In this document: positions 9,593 to 18,133 of the stretch, piece after piece
How the letters are laid out: each line of letters begins with the position of its first letter
Numbering within the stretch: position 1 is the first letter of the stretch
Assembly (NCBI GenBank): GCA_036340075.1
Contig: JAYYZJ010000012.1
Coordinates: forward strand, 96,001-160,000
DNA: 64,000 nt
Reading direction: 5' to 3'
Source: Thermodesulfobacteriota bacterium
Lineage (GTDB): Bacteria; Desulfobacterota_D; UBA1144
Notes under the pieces: model-generated
What the model was told of the DNA's origin: nothing
Seen by the model: only the letters and a program-made list of their open reading frames with translations
Database searches by the model: none
Program-made: the position numbers and the translations under genes

Positions 9593-10534
9593 TTAAAAAT
9601 TAACAACTTCTAAACCATTCTCTTGGAGCATTTTAATATTTTTTAAATTAGAATAATTAAATGTAATAATTTTTAATACTTTGCTGCCAACCAAATCCGA
9701 GATTTTTTCGTTTGAGTCTTCAACTATCTTTATCAAATTATCTAGATTATCATTATCAATCACTAAAGTCTTAGGCATAATTTCATTAGCATTATCTAGG
9801 AATTCAGTTAGTGATTTACTATTAGTAAATTTTCTTGAATAAGTCATAAACAAATAATTTATACATTTTGAAAATAAATCTTCTTTTAGGTAAACAGAAG
9901 TTGAGAATTCATTATCTTTAATTTCCATGAAGGATTGCTTATATTTTTCTAATATGGAATTGAAGTCTTTTGGATTATTTTTTATTAGCCCTTCTTCGTT
10001 TACAAACTCTACTTCTTCTATTTGTTTTTGTTCTTTTAATAAATCTGAAATATCACCCTCTATATTTTTTCGTGAAAGCAACCCTATCTTGTATATATTT
10101 TTCATAGATTTAACTTGATTATTATATTCCGAATTATTTTGGAAACTATTAATTGAAATAATTTCAGTTGAGGAACTAAAAAGTTCAGAAACTTTAGGAT
10201 TGGTTGATAAAATTTCTACATCGTCAATTATAACAATTTCATATGATTTATTAGTATTAATGTTTTTAATATTTCTAGTATTTGCAAATGTCATTTCATT
10301 GCCCATTGAACAAAACGATGATTCAAGAACGAAGGATTCTAAGCAGTTTGTTGCCATGCTTAAAACCTTCTTGTTCATCAACTTATTTGATGCAATATAT
10401 GAAATTATGAAATCTATATTTGAACTTATATCTTTAAAAGTAACTTGTTTCCAATTTAATCCATCAAGGGACTGATATATCAGCTTTGCACCTTGAGTTG
10501 AAACAGATTCTCTGATTTCTTGAATATTTATCAT
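9593..10534 (-). CDS. Degenerate, C-terminally truncated long-chain acyl-CoA ligase-like (AMP-binding fold) protein
   Basis: GLNWKQVTFKDI, KKVLSMATNCLES, NANEIMPKT and VGSKVLKII follow the order of fatty acyl-CoA ligase N-domain motifs; the TSGTTG P-loop, GYGxTE and C-domain are absent. Confidence 0.5.
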   Translation of the reverse strand: MINIQEIRESVSTQGAKLIYQSLDGLNWKQVTFKDISSNIDFIISYIASNKLMNKKVLSMATNCLESFVLESSFCSMGNEMTFANTRNIKNINTNKSYEIVIIDDVEILSTNPKVSELFSSSTEIISINSFQNNSEYNNQVKSMKNIYKIGLLSRKNIEGDISDLLKEQKQIEEVEFVNEEGLIKNNPKDFNSILEKYKQSFMEIKDNEFSTSVYLKEDLFSKCINYLFMTYSRKFTNSKSLTEFLDNANEIMPKTLVIDNDNLDNLIKIVEDSNEKISDLVGSKVLKIITFNYSNLKNIKMLQENGLEVVNF

Positions 10535-10586
10535 GAGATTTATTTAAATTAGATTTTGACTATAATATAGACTATAAACAATATAG

Positions 10587-11942
10587 ATGATGATTCAATT
10601 AAGTGATTTAATTACAAATGATATTAAATTCCAAGCTGCCAGAGAAATAATTGGCAAATTAAAAGAAAATAAACATGAGGCTTTTATAGTCGGTGGAGCA
10701 GTAAGAGATCTTCTTCTCAAGAAGAATCCAGATGAATTCGATATATGCACATCAGCTACTCCTGAAGAAATACAAACGATATTTAATAGAACTAAAGCCG
10801 TAGGACAAAGTTTCGGAGTAATCCTTGTTCTAATAGATAATGTTTCAATAGAAGTGGCAACATTCAGAAAAGATATGGTCTATACCGACGGAAGACATCC
10901 AGACAAAGTAATTTATACAAAGAACGTTGAAGAAGATATAGAACGTAGAGATTTTACAATTAATGGCCTACTTCTAAATCCAGACAATGGTGAGGTTTTT
11001 GATTACTGTAAAGGAATTGAAGATATAAAATCTAAGATAATTCGAACTATTGGTATACCAGATAAAAGATTTTCTGAAGATTATTTGAGAATGCTTAGAG
11101 CAATAAGATTTTCTAATAGATTTGGTTTTAAAATCGAACAAAACACAAGCGATGCATTATTGGACAATTCAGAAAAAATAATGTTTGTTAGCATAGAACG
11201 AATTAGAGAAGAAGTAACAAAAATAATAACAAAAAGTAATAATCCAGGAAAAGGCATAATCTCACTAAGTAAATACGGACTTCTAAAATATATAATTCCC
11301 GAAGTTGAAAAATTAAAGGGTGTTGAGCAACCAAAAGAATTTCATCCAGAAGGAGATGTTTTTGTGCACACCTGTCTAGTTCTTGATATGTTAGATTTAA
11401 ACGAAAAGGATAATACTGAATTAGCTTATGGGGCCCTGCTTCATGATATAGGAAAACCAGAAACACAAACTATAACCGACAGAATAAGGTTTAATAGGCA
11501 TGAATATGTAGGTGCAAAAATTACAGAAAAAATTTGTAAAAGATTGAAATTCTCTAATAAACAAAAAAGAAACATAGAAAGCCTAGTAAAAGAACACATG
11601 AAATTCGCAAATATCAAAGAAATGAAAAAAAGCACTTTTAAGAAATTTATTTCTATGGATAATTTTGAAGAACATCTAGCTTTACATAAGGCTGATTGCC
11701 TCGGAAGTCATGGTGATCTTGAGCTTTACGATTATACATTATCAAAAATAGAAGAATTAAAAAATGAACCGATAAAACCTAAACCTCTTGTAACTGGTGA
11801 TGATTTGATTCTACTAGGACTAACGCCGGGACCTAAATTTAAAGAAATCCTATCTAAAGTATTTGATGAGCAGCTTGAAGGTAATTTTAATTCAAAAGAA
11901 GAGGGTGTAAAATTAGTAAAAGATTTGGTTAACAAAAAATGA
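10587..11942 (+). CDS. cca: Class II tRNA nucleotidyltransferase with HD domain
   Basis: VGGAVRD, RRDFTIN, EDYLRMLRA, HPEGDVFVHT and LLHDIGKP motifs. Confidence 0.9.
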   Translation: MMIQLSDLITNDIKFQAAREIIGKLKENKHEAFIVGGAVRDLLLKKNPDEFDICTSATPEEIQTIFNRTKAVGQSFGVILVLIDNVSIEVATFRKDMVYTDGRHPDKVIYTKNVEEDIERRDFTINGLLLNPDNGEVFDYCKGIEDIKSKIIRTIGIPDKRFSEDYLRMLRAIRFSNRFGFKIEQNTSDALLDNSEKIMFVSIERIREEVTKIITKSNNPGKGIISLSKYGLLKYIIPEVEKLKGVEQPKEFHPEGDVFVHTCLVLDMLDLNEKDNTELAYGALLHDIGKPETQTITDRIRFNRHEYVGAKITEKICKRLKFSNKQKRNIESLVKEHMKFANIKEMKKSTFKKFISMDNFEEHLALHKADCLGSHGDLELYDYTLSKIEELKNEPIKPKPLVTGDDLILLGLTPGPKFKEILSKVFDEQLEGNFNSKEEGVKLVKDLVNKK

Positions 11943-12934
11943 GAAATCAAGCAATCCGGTTGAAAGAATTTGGGTCAATCAAAAATTTAAAATTGGAAAA
12001 TATATCTATACCAGAAATAGGATCCAACGAAGTTTTAGTTAAGGTATATTGCGCAGGAATCAGTTTTGCAGATATTTTAATTGTTGAAGGCAAATATCAA
12101 GATGCACCTGAACTTCCATTTGTCCCAGGATTAGAAGTTTCAGGAATAATTGAAAAAGTTGGAAAAGAAGTTCAAGGACTAAAAGAAGGGGACGAAGTTG
12201 TAGGCTTATCAGCTTGGGGAGCTTTTGCAGAATATGTTAAGCTAGATTCGAAATTTGTTGTAAGAAAATCTGAGAATATGCCATTTGAAGTAGCAGCCTC
12301 AATGACAATAAATTACGGAACCTCTTATTATGCACTAGTAGAAAGAGCAAGAATTAGGGAAGGGCAGAAAATTTTGATACTAGGTGCTTCTGGTGGTATA
12401 GGACTTTCTGCCATAGAAATTTCAAAAGCCTTTAATTGCAATGTTACTGCTGTTGCATCGTCAAAGGAAAAGCTTGAGACCTGTGAAAAATACGGAGCAG
12501 ACAATTTAATATTAAACAATTCAAACAATCTTAAAGAATCCTTAAAGGAACAACAAGCAGGAAAATTTGATTTAATTTATGACACAATCGGTGGTCAGGA
12601 CACAATCGATTCCCTTAGTTTTGTTGAATGGGAAGGGCAGATTTTAATAATGGGCTTTGCATCAGGTGATATAGCAAGTGTTCCAGTAAATAAAATTTTA
12701 TTAAAAGGTTGCAATCTGATTGGAATTTTTTGGGGACCCTTTGCAAGAGGAAATACTAATTTTAATCTTCAATCTATCAAAGAAGTCTGTAATTTGTACG
12801 AAAAAGGATTATTACAAATATCAGACCCTGAACTTTACTTGATTAATGATTTTAAAGAAGCGATGTCTAAAATTAAAAATAGAGAATCAATAGGCAAACT
12901 ATGCTTTTACACTGAGGCTTTCTCTAAGTCTTAA
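11939..12934 (+). CDS. NADPH:quinone oxidoreductase family (MDR/zeta-crystallin-like)
   Basis: YQDAPELPFVPGLEVSG, GASGGIG and GFASGDI motifs; no catalytic Zn cysteines. Confidence 0.88.
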   Translation: MRNQAIRLKEFGSIKNLKLENISIPEIGSNEVLVKVYCAGISFADILIVEGKYQDAPELPFVPGLEVSGIIEKVGKEVQGLKEGDEVVGLSAWGAFAEYVKLDSKFVVRKSENMPFEVAASMTINYGTSYYALVERARIREGQKILILGASGGIGLSAIEISKAFNCNVTAVASSKEKLETCEKYGADNLILNNSNNLKESLKEQQAGKFDLIYDTIGGQDTIDSLSFVEWEGQILIMGFASGDIASVPVNKILLKGCNLIGIFWGPFARGNTNFNLQSIKEVCNLYEKGLLQISDPELYLINDFKEAMSKIKNRESIGKLCFYTEAFSKS

Positions 12935-12964
12935 AACAGAAAGGTGAACAATCTCACCTTTCTG
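12933..12964 (-). terminator. Intrinsic terminator of the atp F0 operon (possibly bidirectional)
   Basis: Perfect 11-bp inverted repeat CAGAAAGGTGA-ACAATC-TCACCTTTCTG (12937-12964) between convergent genes, followed by TTTT on the minus strand. Confidence 0.8.
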
Positions 12965-12972
12965 CTAAGAAC

Positions 12973-13284
12973 TTATATTTTATTCTGCAACAAGAATGTA
13001 ATAGCTAAAGCATAAATGACCAATGATTCAATTAAAGCTAAACCAATAATCATTGGTGTTTGAATCTGACCAGCAGCCCCAGGGTTTCTGCCAACAGCAT
13101 CTAATGCTGAAGCAACCATTCTACCCATTCCTACTCCACCACCAGCAGCGGCTATACCAATACCAAGCCCACTTCCTAATGCAAGACCTGAAATCGCTTC
13201 ACCCGAACTAGCAGCATAAACTTCAGGGGTTAATAGTAGAGTCAGTGCTACAACGAAAAATGTATAAAATGAAAACTTGTTCAT
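12973..13284 (-). CDS. atpE: F0F1 ATP synthase subunit c
   Basis: GxGxGxG helix, GRNP loop and LIESLVIY motif; AAGGAGG SD (13291-13297) places the start at 13284. Confidence 0.96.
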   Translation of the reverse strand: MNKFSFYTFFVVALTLLLTPEVYAASSGEAISGLALGSGLGIGIAAAGGGVGMGRMVASALDAVGRNPGAAGQIQTPMIIGLALIESLVIYALAITFLLQNKI

Positions 13285-13300
13285 TATGTTCCTCCTTGTT

Positions 13301-14011
13301 TTAATGATCATGACTGATTGATAACGAAATATAAATACTTGATAAAATTGTAAAAATAAAAGCTTGTAAAAAAGATACAAAAACTCCTAAACCAATGAAT
13401 ATTACTGGAATAATGAATGGTGTTAAATTTGAAAAAATTTGTAAAACTAGATGGTCTCCAAACATATTCCAAAAAAGTCTTAAAGAAAGTGATGCGGGTC
13501 TAACCAGATGGCTCACAAGTTCTATAATAATCATTAGCGGTGCCAAATAAATCACTGGACCCATAAAATGTTTTAAGTATCCTAATCCATGCTCTTTAAA
13601 TCCAAGATAATTATATGCTACAAAAATCACAGATGACATTGCAAGTGTTGTATTCAAATTCTGAGAAGCCGGATAAAATCCAGGAAAAACCCCTAACAAA
13701 TTAGCAAAGAAAATAAAAAAGAATGACCCACCAAGTAAAGGAAGAAACCTTCTAGCCTTTTCTTCGCTTCCAAATATATCCGCTATTAATTTTAGTAAAA
13801 AATCTAAAGTAATAAATTCAAAAAAGGTTGTTAGAGAAAATTTAGGTGAAGGCGTCAAAGAAGCCTTGTCTTCAGTTGCCTCTAAGCATCTCTTTCTAAC
13901 TCTTAAAGAAAAGAATATTAATAAAGTAACAACAAGCACTGACCCAAATATATGATCATATTCACTAATACCTAACAGCTCTGTCCATTGGGCATGCTCT
14001 AATCCACTCAT
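13301..14011 (-). CDS. atpB: F0F1 ATP synthase subunit a
   Basis: NLLGVFPG, ELVSHLVRPASLSLRLFWNM and LQAFIF motifs. Confidence 0.96.
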   Translation of the reverse strand: MSGLEHAQWTELLGISEYDHIFGSVLVVTLLIFFSLRVRKRCLEATEDKASLTPSPKFSLTTFFEFITLDFLLKLIADIFGSEEKARRFLPLLGGSFFFIFFANLLGVFPGFYPASQNLNTTLAMSSVIFVAYNYLGFKEHGLGYLKHFMGPVIYLAPLMIIIELVSHLVRPASLSLRLFWNMFGDHLVLQIFSNLTPFIIPVIFIGLGVFVSFLQAFIFTILSSIYISLSISHDH

Positions 14012-14014
14012 ACT

Positions 14015-14347
14015 TTATTTACCTTGAATTAAAAGAATAAACACAATTAAAATTACACTAAATCCTGTCAAAAATCCAATTAAATCTAGAGACAAGAATT
14101 TGATTAAATAAATAATAATGCTAACTAGTAGTAGAATTTTAAGAAAGCCAAAAAAGAAAGCAATAAACTTTCCGGTTTCCTTTGTTGTAAATACCTTTGT
14201 TAAAAGCTGTATAGAGAGAATGTTGACAAACGAAACTATTAGACCATAGAAAACTGCCTTAAAAAAAGGATTTTTGTAAAAATAGATACACGGAGCTGTA
14301 ATTATAAGACATATTATGGTTAATAATTTGTTTGATTTAGAAAACAT
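14015..14347 (-). CDS. atpI: ATP synthase subunit I-like membrane protein
   Basis: Small 4-TM protein in the canonical position upstream of atpB. Confidence 0.7.
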   Translation of the reverse strand: MFSKSNKLLTIICLIITAPCIYFYKNPFFKAVFYGLIVSFVNILSIQLLTKVFTTKETGKFIAFFFGFLKILLLVSIIIYLIKFLSLDLIGFLTGFSVILIVFILLIQGK

Positions 14348-14544
14348 TAATCCCTCTTGTTTAACACTTTTAGCATTAAAGTGAATCCAGCAATAGAACC
14401 TATAATTACTCCAAGTATAGTGAAGAGAGGCTGTTTATTGAAATATTTATCTGCTTCTCCACCTAGAAATATCCCTGACAATATACAGAATGCAAGCTCG
14501 GTCCCCACAACAATGAATTTTATCCATGAGCTCTTTTGATTCAA
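14347..14544 (-). CDS. atpZ: AtpZ/AtpI-family small protein
   Basis: VGTELA...G...DKYFNKQPLFTILGVIIG pattern; position ahead of atpI-atpB. Confidence 0.8.
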   Translation of the reverse strand: MNQKSSWIKFIVVGTELAFCILSGIFLGGEADKYFNKQPLFTILGVIIGSIAGFTLMLKVLNKRD

Positions 14545-15839
14545 TTATTTTTACCTATTGCTAATGCTGATTCTATACATTTATCAATAGTATAATCTAA
14601 ATCCTTATAATTATGAGCAGTAGAAACAAACATTGTCTCAAATTGAGAAGGTGGAAGCATGATTCCCTTTGATAGTAGCAGATTAAAAAACTTTCCATAT
14701 AAGCCATTATCACATGAAATTACATCTGAATAATTATTGATTGAATTTTTACTAAAGAAAAAAGTAAGCATTGAACCGATTTGATTAATTCGTATATTAG
14801 CAAACTTTTCATTATCAAATTTTTCTTTAATGTAAGACGCCTTCTCGTTAAGTTCTTTGTATAAATTAGGACTAGATTCAATTAACAGCTCAATTGTTTT
14901 TATTCCAGCTGCAACACCAACAGGATTTCCTGACAATGTACCAGCTTGATAAACTGGACCCATAGGAGACAGCATAGACATGATTTCTTTTCTTCCTCCG
15001 AATGCTCCAACAGGGAAACCTCCACCAATTATTTTTCCAATACATGTCATATCAGGTTGAACATCAAAATGCTCTTGTGCACCACCCAAGCTTATTCTGT
15101 ACCCAGAAACAACTTCGTCAAAAATCATCAATGTTTTATTTTCGTGCGCAATTTTTTTAATTTCCCTTAAGAATTCCGTATTTGGTAATACAGTACCCAT
15201 ATTCGCGGGTACAGGTTCTAATATTATTGCAGCGATGGAATTAGGATTCTTTGCAAATACATTTCTAACACTTTCAATATCATTAAACTCGGCCAACAAT
15301 GTGTTTTTACTGAACTCATCTGGAACTCCTGGAGAAGAGGGAGTGCCAAATGTTGAAGCACCTGATCCTGCTTTAACCAATAAATAGTCAGCATGACCAT
15401 GATAACATCCCTGAAATTTGATTATTTTATCCTTCCTTGTAAAAGCTCTAGCTAGTCTTATACAGCTCATTGTTGCTTCTGTGCCTGAATTAGTTAAACG
15501 TACCATCTCCATTGAGGGAATTGTCTCTGTAATAAGTTTTGCTAATTTAATTTCATCTTTATGACATGCACCAAACGTTGTACCTTTACCCATTGCTTCC
15601 CTTGCAGCATTAATTATTTCTTCATTAGAGTGCCCAAAAATAAGTGGTCCAAATGATCCAACATAATCTATATATTTATTTCCGTCCTCATCAAATAGAT
15701 ACGGACCCATAGCTTTTTTTATGAAGATTGGTTTTCCACCTACTGCTCCAAAAGACCTTACAGGACTATTAACCCCACCAGGTATTATTTCTGATGCTTC
15801 TTTAAAAAGTTTTTCAGATATATTTGATGAATAACTCAC
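14541..15839 (-). CDS. hemL: Glutamate-1-semialdehyde 2,1-aminomutase
   Basis: PGGVNSPVR, NSGTEATM, GCYHGH, FDEVVSGYR, GKIIGGG and YQAGTLSGNP motifs. Confidence 0.97.
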   Translation of the reverse strand: MSYSSNISEKLFKEASEIIPGGVNSPVRSFGAVGGKPIFIKKAMGPYLFDEDGNKYIDYVGSFGPLIFGHSNEEIINAAREAMGKGTTFGACHKDEIKLAKLITETIPSMEMVRLTNSGTEATMSCIRLARAFTRKDKIIKFQGCYHGHADYLLVKAGSGASTFGTPSSPGVPDEFSKNTLLAEFNDIESVRNVFAKNPNSIAAIILEPVPANMGTVLPNTEFLREIKKIAHENKTLMIFDEVVSGYRISLGGAQEHFDVQPDMTCIGKIIGGGFPVGAFGGRKEIMSMLSPMGPVYQAGTLSGNPVGVAAGIKTIELLIESSPNLYKELNEKASYIKEKFDNEKFANIRINQIGSMLTFFFSKNSINNYSDVISCDNGLYGKFFNLLLSKGIMLPPSQFETMFVSTAHNYKDLDYTIDKCIESALAIGKNN

Positions 15840-15934
15840 ATGTTAAACAAAAAACATAATTAGTAGATTGTCAAGCTTCCACCCTGCTTAATACTGCTTT
15901 TATTGTAATAGAATACAGATAGACTTAATATTTA

Positions 15935-16807
15935 ATGAACAAACTTAATGTTATTTCGCCTGCTAAAATCAATTTAGATTTAATAATAAAGAGCAAAAGG
16001 GCGGACAATTATCATGAAATTAGTTCCCTAATTCAACCGATTGATTTAAACGATGTTATATCAATAACTTGTACCAATAGTTCTAATCTTATTGAGATAG
16101 ATTTTCCTAATAATAATGTTCCTCTTGAAGAGAATTTAATAACAAAAGCGGCGGAATCTTTTTATCAGTTATTCGGAATTAACCAGTCTATTAAGATATC
16201 AGTAAGAAAGAGGATACCCATAGGCTCTGGTATGGGAGGAGGAAGTAGTAATGCGGCAGCAACACTACTAGGTTTGTCAAAAATTTTCAATATAGACTCA
16301 TTTGATAAACTTCTAGAGATAGGAGATAGCTTAGGGGCAGACGTCCCCTTTTTTTTATACTGTAGAACAGCTCGTGTTTCTGGAAAAGGAGAGGAGATAA
16401 ATATTGTCGAAACCCCACCAAAATTAAGATACCTATTAATTTTTCCAGGATTTTCATCTGAGACCAAAGAGCTTTATAATTTGTGGGATTCAAAAGAATC
16501 TTTTGATTCTAATGATATAGACAGAAATAAAACAAAGAAAATTATTTTTAAAAAAGAAGAGCTTTATTTAAGAAATGACTTTATACCCCTATTGCTAGAA
16601 AAAAATTCTGAATATGCAAGAATTTTTACTACTCTTGATAATCTAGGATTTGAAAATTATTCCATCTCCGGAAGTGGATCGACTATTTTCTCTGTTCTGA
16701 ATAATGAGGCTGACACCAAAGAGGCCGAAAGTTATATCCAATCATCTATGGATGTTAGAGCAATAACAGTTGAGTCAGTTGAGGGATGGAGATTTTCTTA
16801 TGATTGA
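15935..16807 (+). CDS. ispE: 4-diphosphocytidyl-2-C-methyl-D-erythritol kinase
   Basis: SPAKINL, KRIPIGSGMGGGSSNAA, GADVPFF and SGSGST motifs. Confidence 0.93.
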   Translation: MNKLNVISPAKINLDLIIKSKRADNYHEISSLIQPIDLNDVISITCTNSSNLIEIDFPNNNVPLEENLITKAAESFYQLFGINQSIKISVRKRIPIGSGMGGGSSNAAATLLGLSKIFNIDSFDKLLEIGDSLGADVPFFLYCRTARVSGKGEEINIVETPPKLRYLLIFPGFSSETKELYNLWDSKESFDSNDIDRNKTKKIIFKKEELYLRNDFIPLLLEKNSEYARIFTTLDNLGFENYSISGSGSTIFSVLNNEADTKEAESYIQSSMDVRAITVESVEGWRFSYD

Positions 16808-16840
16808 ATTTATTTAAATTTTCAGTATCATCATACAGAT

Positions 16841-16911
16841 TGGCCCGTCGTCTAATGGCAGGACTCTTGGTTTTGGTCCAAGCAATGGAGGTTCGAATCC
16901 TTCCGGGCCAG
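16841..16911 (+). tRNA. tRNA-Gln(UUG); 3' CCA not encoded
   Basis: Acceptor TGGCCCG/CGGGCCA+G, anticodon arm CTTGG-TTTTGGT-CCAAG, T-arm GGAGG-TTCGAAT-CCTTC; usual position after ispE. Confidence 0.96.
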
Positions 16912-16918
16912 TTCTAGC

Positions 16919-16947
16919 TTCACTTATTAGTGTAAAAATTGTATAAT
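16919..16947 (+). promoter_or_regulatory. Putative promoter of the sigma factor gene
   Basis: TTCACT (16919-16924), 17 bp spacer, TATAAT (16942-16947). This implies the start codon is ATG 16958 rather than 16946. Confidence 0.5.
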
Positions 16948-16957
16948 GAGGGTGCCT

Positions 16958-18106
16958 ATGAGTGCTAACGAATACGAGAATTTTCAATCTAATTCAAACT
17001 CTAGCTCTAATACTGAATCTAGTGGGTCAGGAGAGTTGGATGATAAAGCTTTATTGGAAGAATACCAAAAAGCTACTTTAAGAAATGTAAATTCTCAAAG
17101 CAAGAAAAAGGACTGGGTTCCAGATGAGCAATATAGATTGCTATATGTTTATTTTAAGGACATGTCTTTAGAGCCCTTATTAAAATCGAAACAAGAAGTT
17201 GAGGTCTCGTCGAAAATTAAAAAATGTGAAGCTAACGCCTTACATTTTCAAGAGTTGATTGATAAAATTCGTACATCAAAAATTAGTCAACCAGAAAATA
17301 AAAAACTTATCAGTCTTAAGGGTGGAAAGAAGAGGAGAGTTGTTGAATTCGAAGGATTTGTCAGAGCTTATACAAATCTTGCAAATAGATTGAAAGAAAG
17401 ATTTGTTAAGGCAAATCTCAGATTGGTTGTTAGTATAGCAAAAAGATATATTGGAAGAGGGCTAGCTTTACAGGATTTAATACAAGAAGGAAATGTAGGC
17501 TTGATGAGAGCTGTTGAAAGATTTGACCATACAAAAGGATTTAAATTTTCTACATATGCCTCTTGGTGGATTCATCAAGCAATCTCTAGAGCACTCTTAG
17601 ACCAAACAAGAACAATTAGAGTGCCAGTTTATGTTTTAGAACAAGCAAGTAAAGTATTTAAGGCAAGTACTGCATTACAAAAAGAATTGGGAAGAAAACC
17701 AACTCCTTTAGAAATTGCAGAAAGAGTGGGAATCTCTTTAGATGGAGTTAAAAGAATCTTAGAGTCTACTAACGAAGTAGTGCAATTAGATACACCGGTA
17801 TTTGATGGGGAAAAAGCAACGCTCTTAGATTTTATACCAGATGAAGGTTCTCCTGTTCCAGATAAAATAGTAGCAGAAAGTTCTTTAACTGAAAGAATCA
17901 AAGGAGCTTTAAAAGCCCTTACCCCTCGTGAAGAAGAAATTATAAAGATGAGATTCGGTATTGATATGGAGAGCACTTATACATTAGATGAAATAGGTAA
18001 AAAATTTGACCTTACAAGAGAAAGGATACGACAGATTGAGAAAAAAGCCTTAGAGAAACTGGCCAAATCTGATATCGGTGAAGTCCTTAAAAGTTTCCTA
18101 GAATAA
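16958..18106 (+). CDS. RNA polymerase sigma-70 factor (RpoD/RpoS-like, no obvious region 1.1)
   Basis: [40 protein letters not shown] and TRERIRQIE motifs. Confidence 0.93.
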   Translation: MSANEYENFQSNSNSSSNTESSGSGELDDKALLEEYQKATLRNVNSQSKKKDWVPDEQYRLLYVYFKDMSLEPLLKSKQEVEVSSKIKKCEANALHFQELIDKIRTSKISQPENKKLISLKGGKKRRVVEFEGFVRAYTNLANRLKERFVKANLRLVVSIAKRYIGRGLALQDLIQEGNVGLMRAVERFDHTKGFKFSTYASWWIHQAISRALLDQTRTIRVPVYVLEQASKVFKASTALQKELGRKPTPLEIAERVGISLDGVKRILESTNEVVQLDTPVFDGEKATLLDFIPDEGSPVPDKIVAESSLTERIKGALKALTPREEEIIKMRFGIDMESTYTLDEIGKKFDLTRERIRQIEKKALEKLAKSDIGEVLKSFLE

Positions 18107-18118
18107 AACAAAGTATTT

Positions 18119-18127
18119 TGATAAAAT
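18119..18127 (+). promoter_or_regulatory. Extended -10 element (leaderless) for the LLM gene
   Basis: TG-a-TAAAAT followed by 6 nt and ATG 18134; no SD. Confidence 0.5.
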
Positions 18128-18133
18128 AAGCTA

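Noticed and set aside
13285..13380. N-terminal extensions in the ORF track for atpE (13380), hup (49427), nrdA (39522) and coaBC (51073)
   Set aside because: Downstream ATGs with clear SDs or family-typical N-termini are better starts.
16841..16945. tRNA-Gln as an integration site for an island or prophage
   Set aside because: No integrase nearby and no duplicated tRNA 3' end seen in the window.
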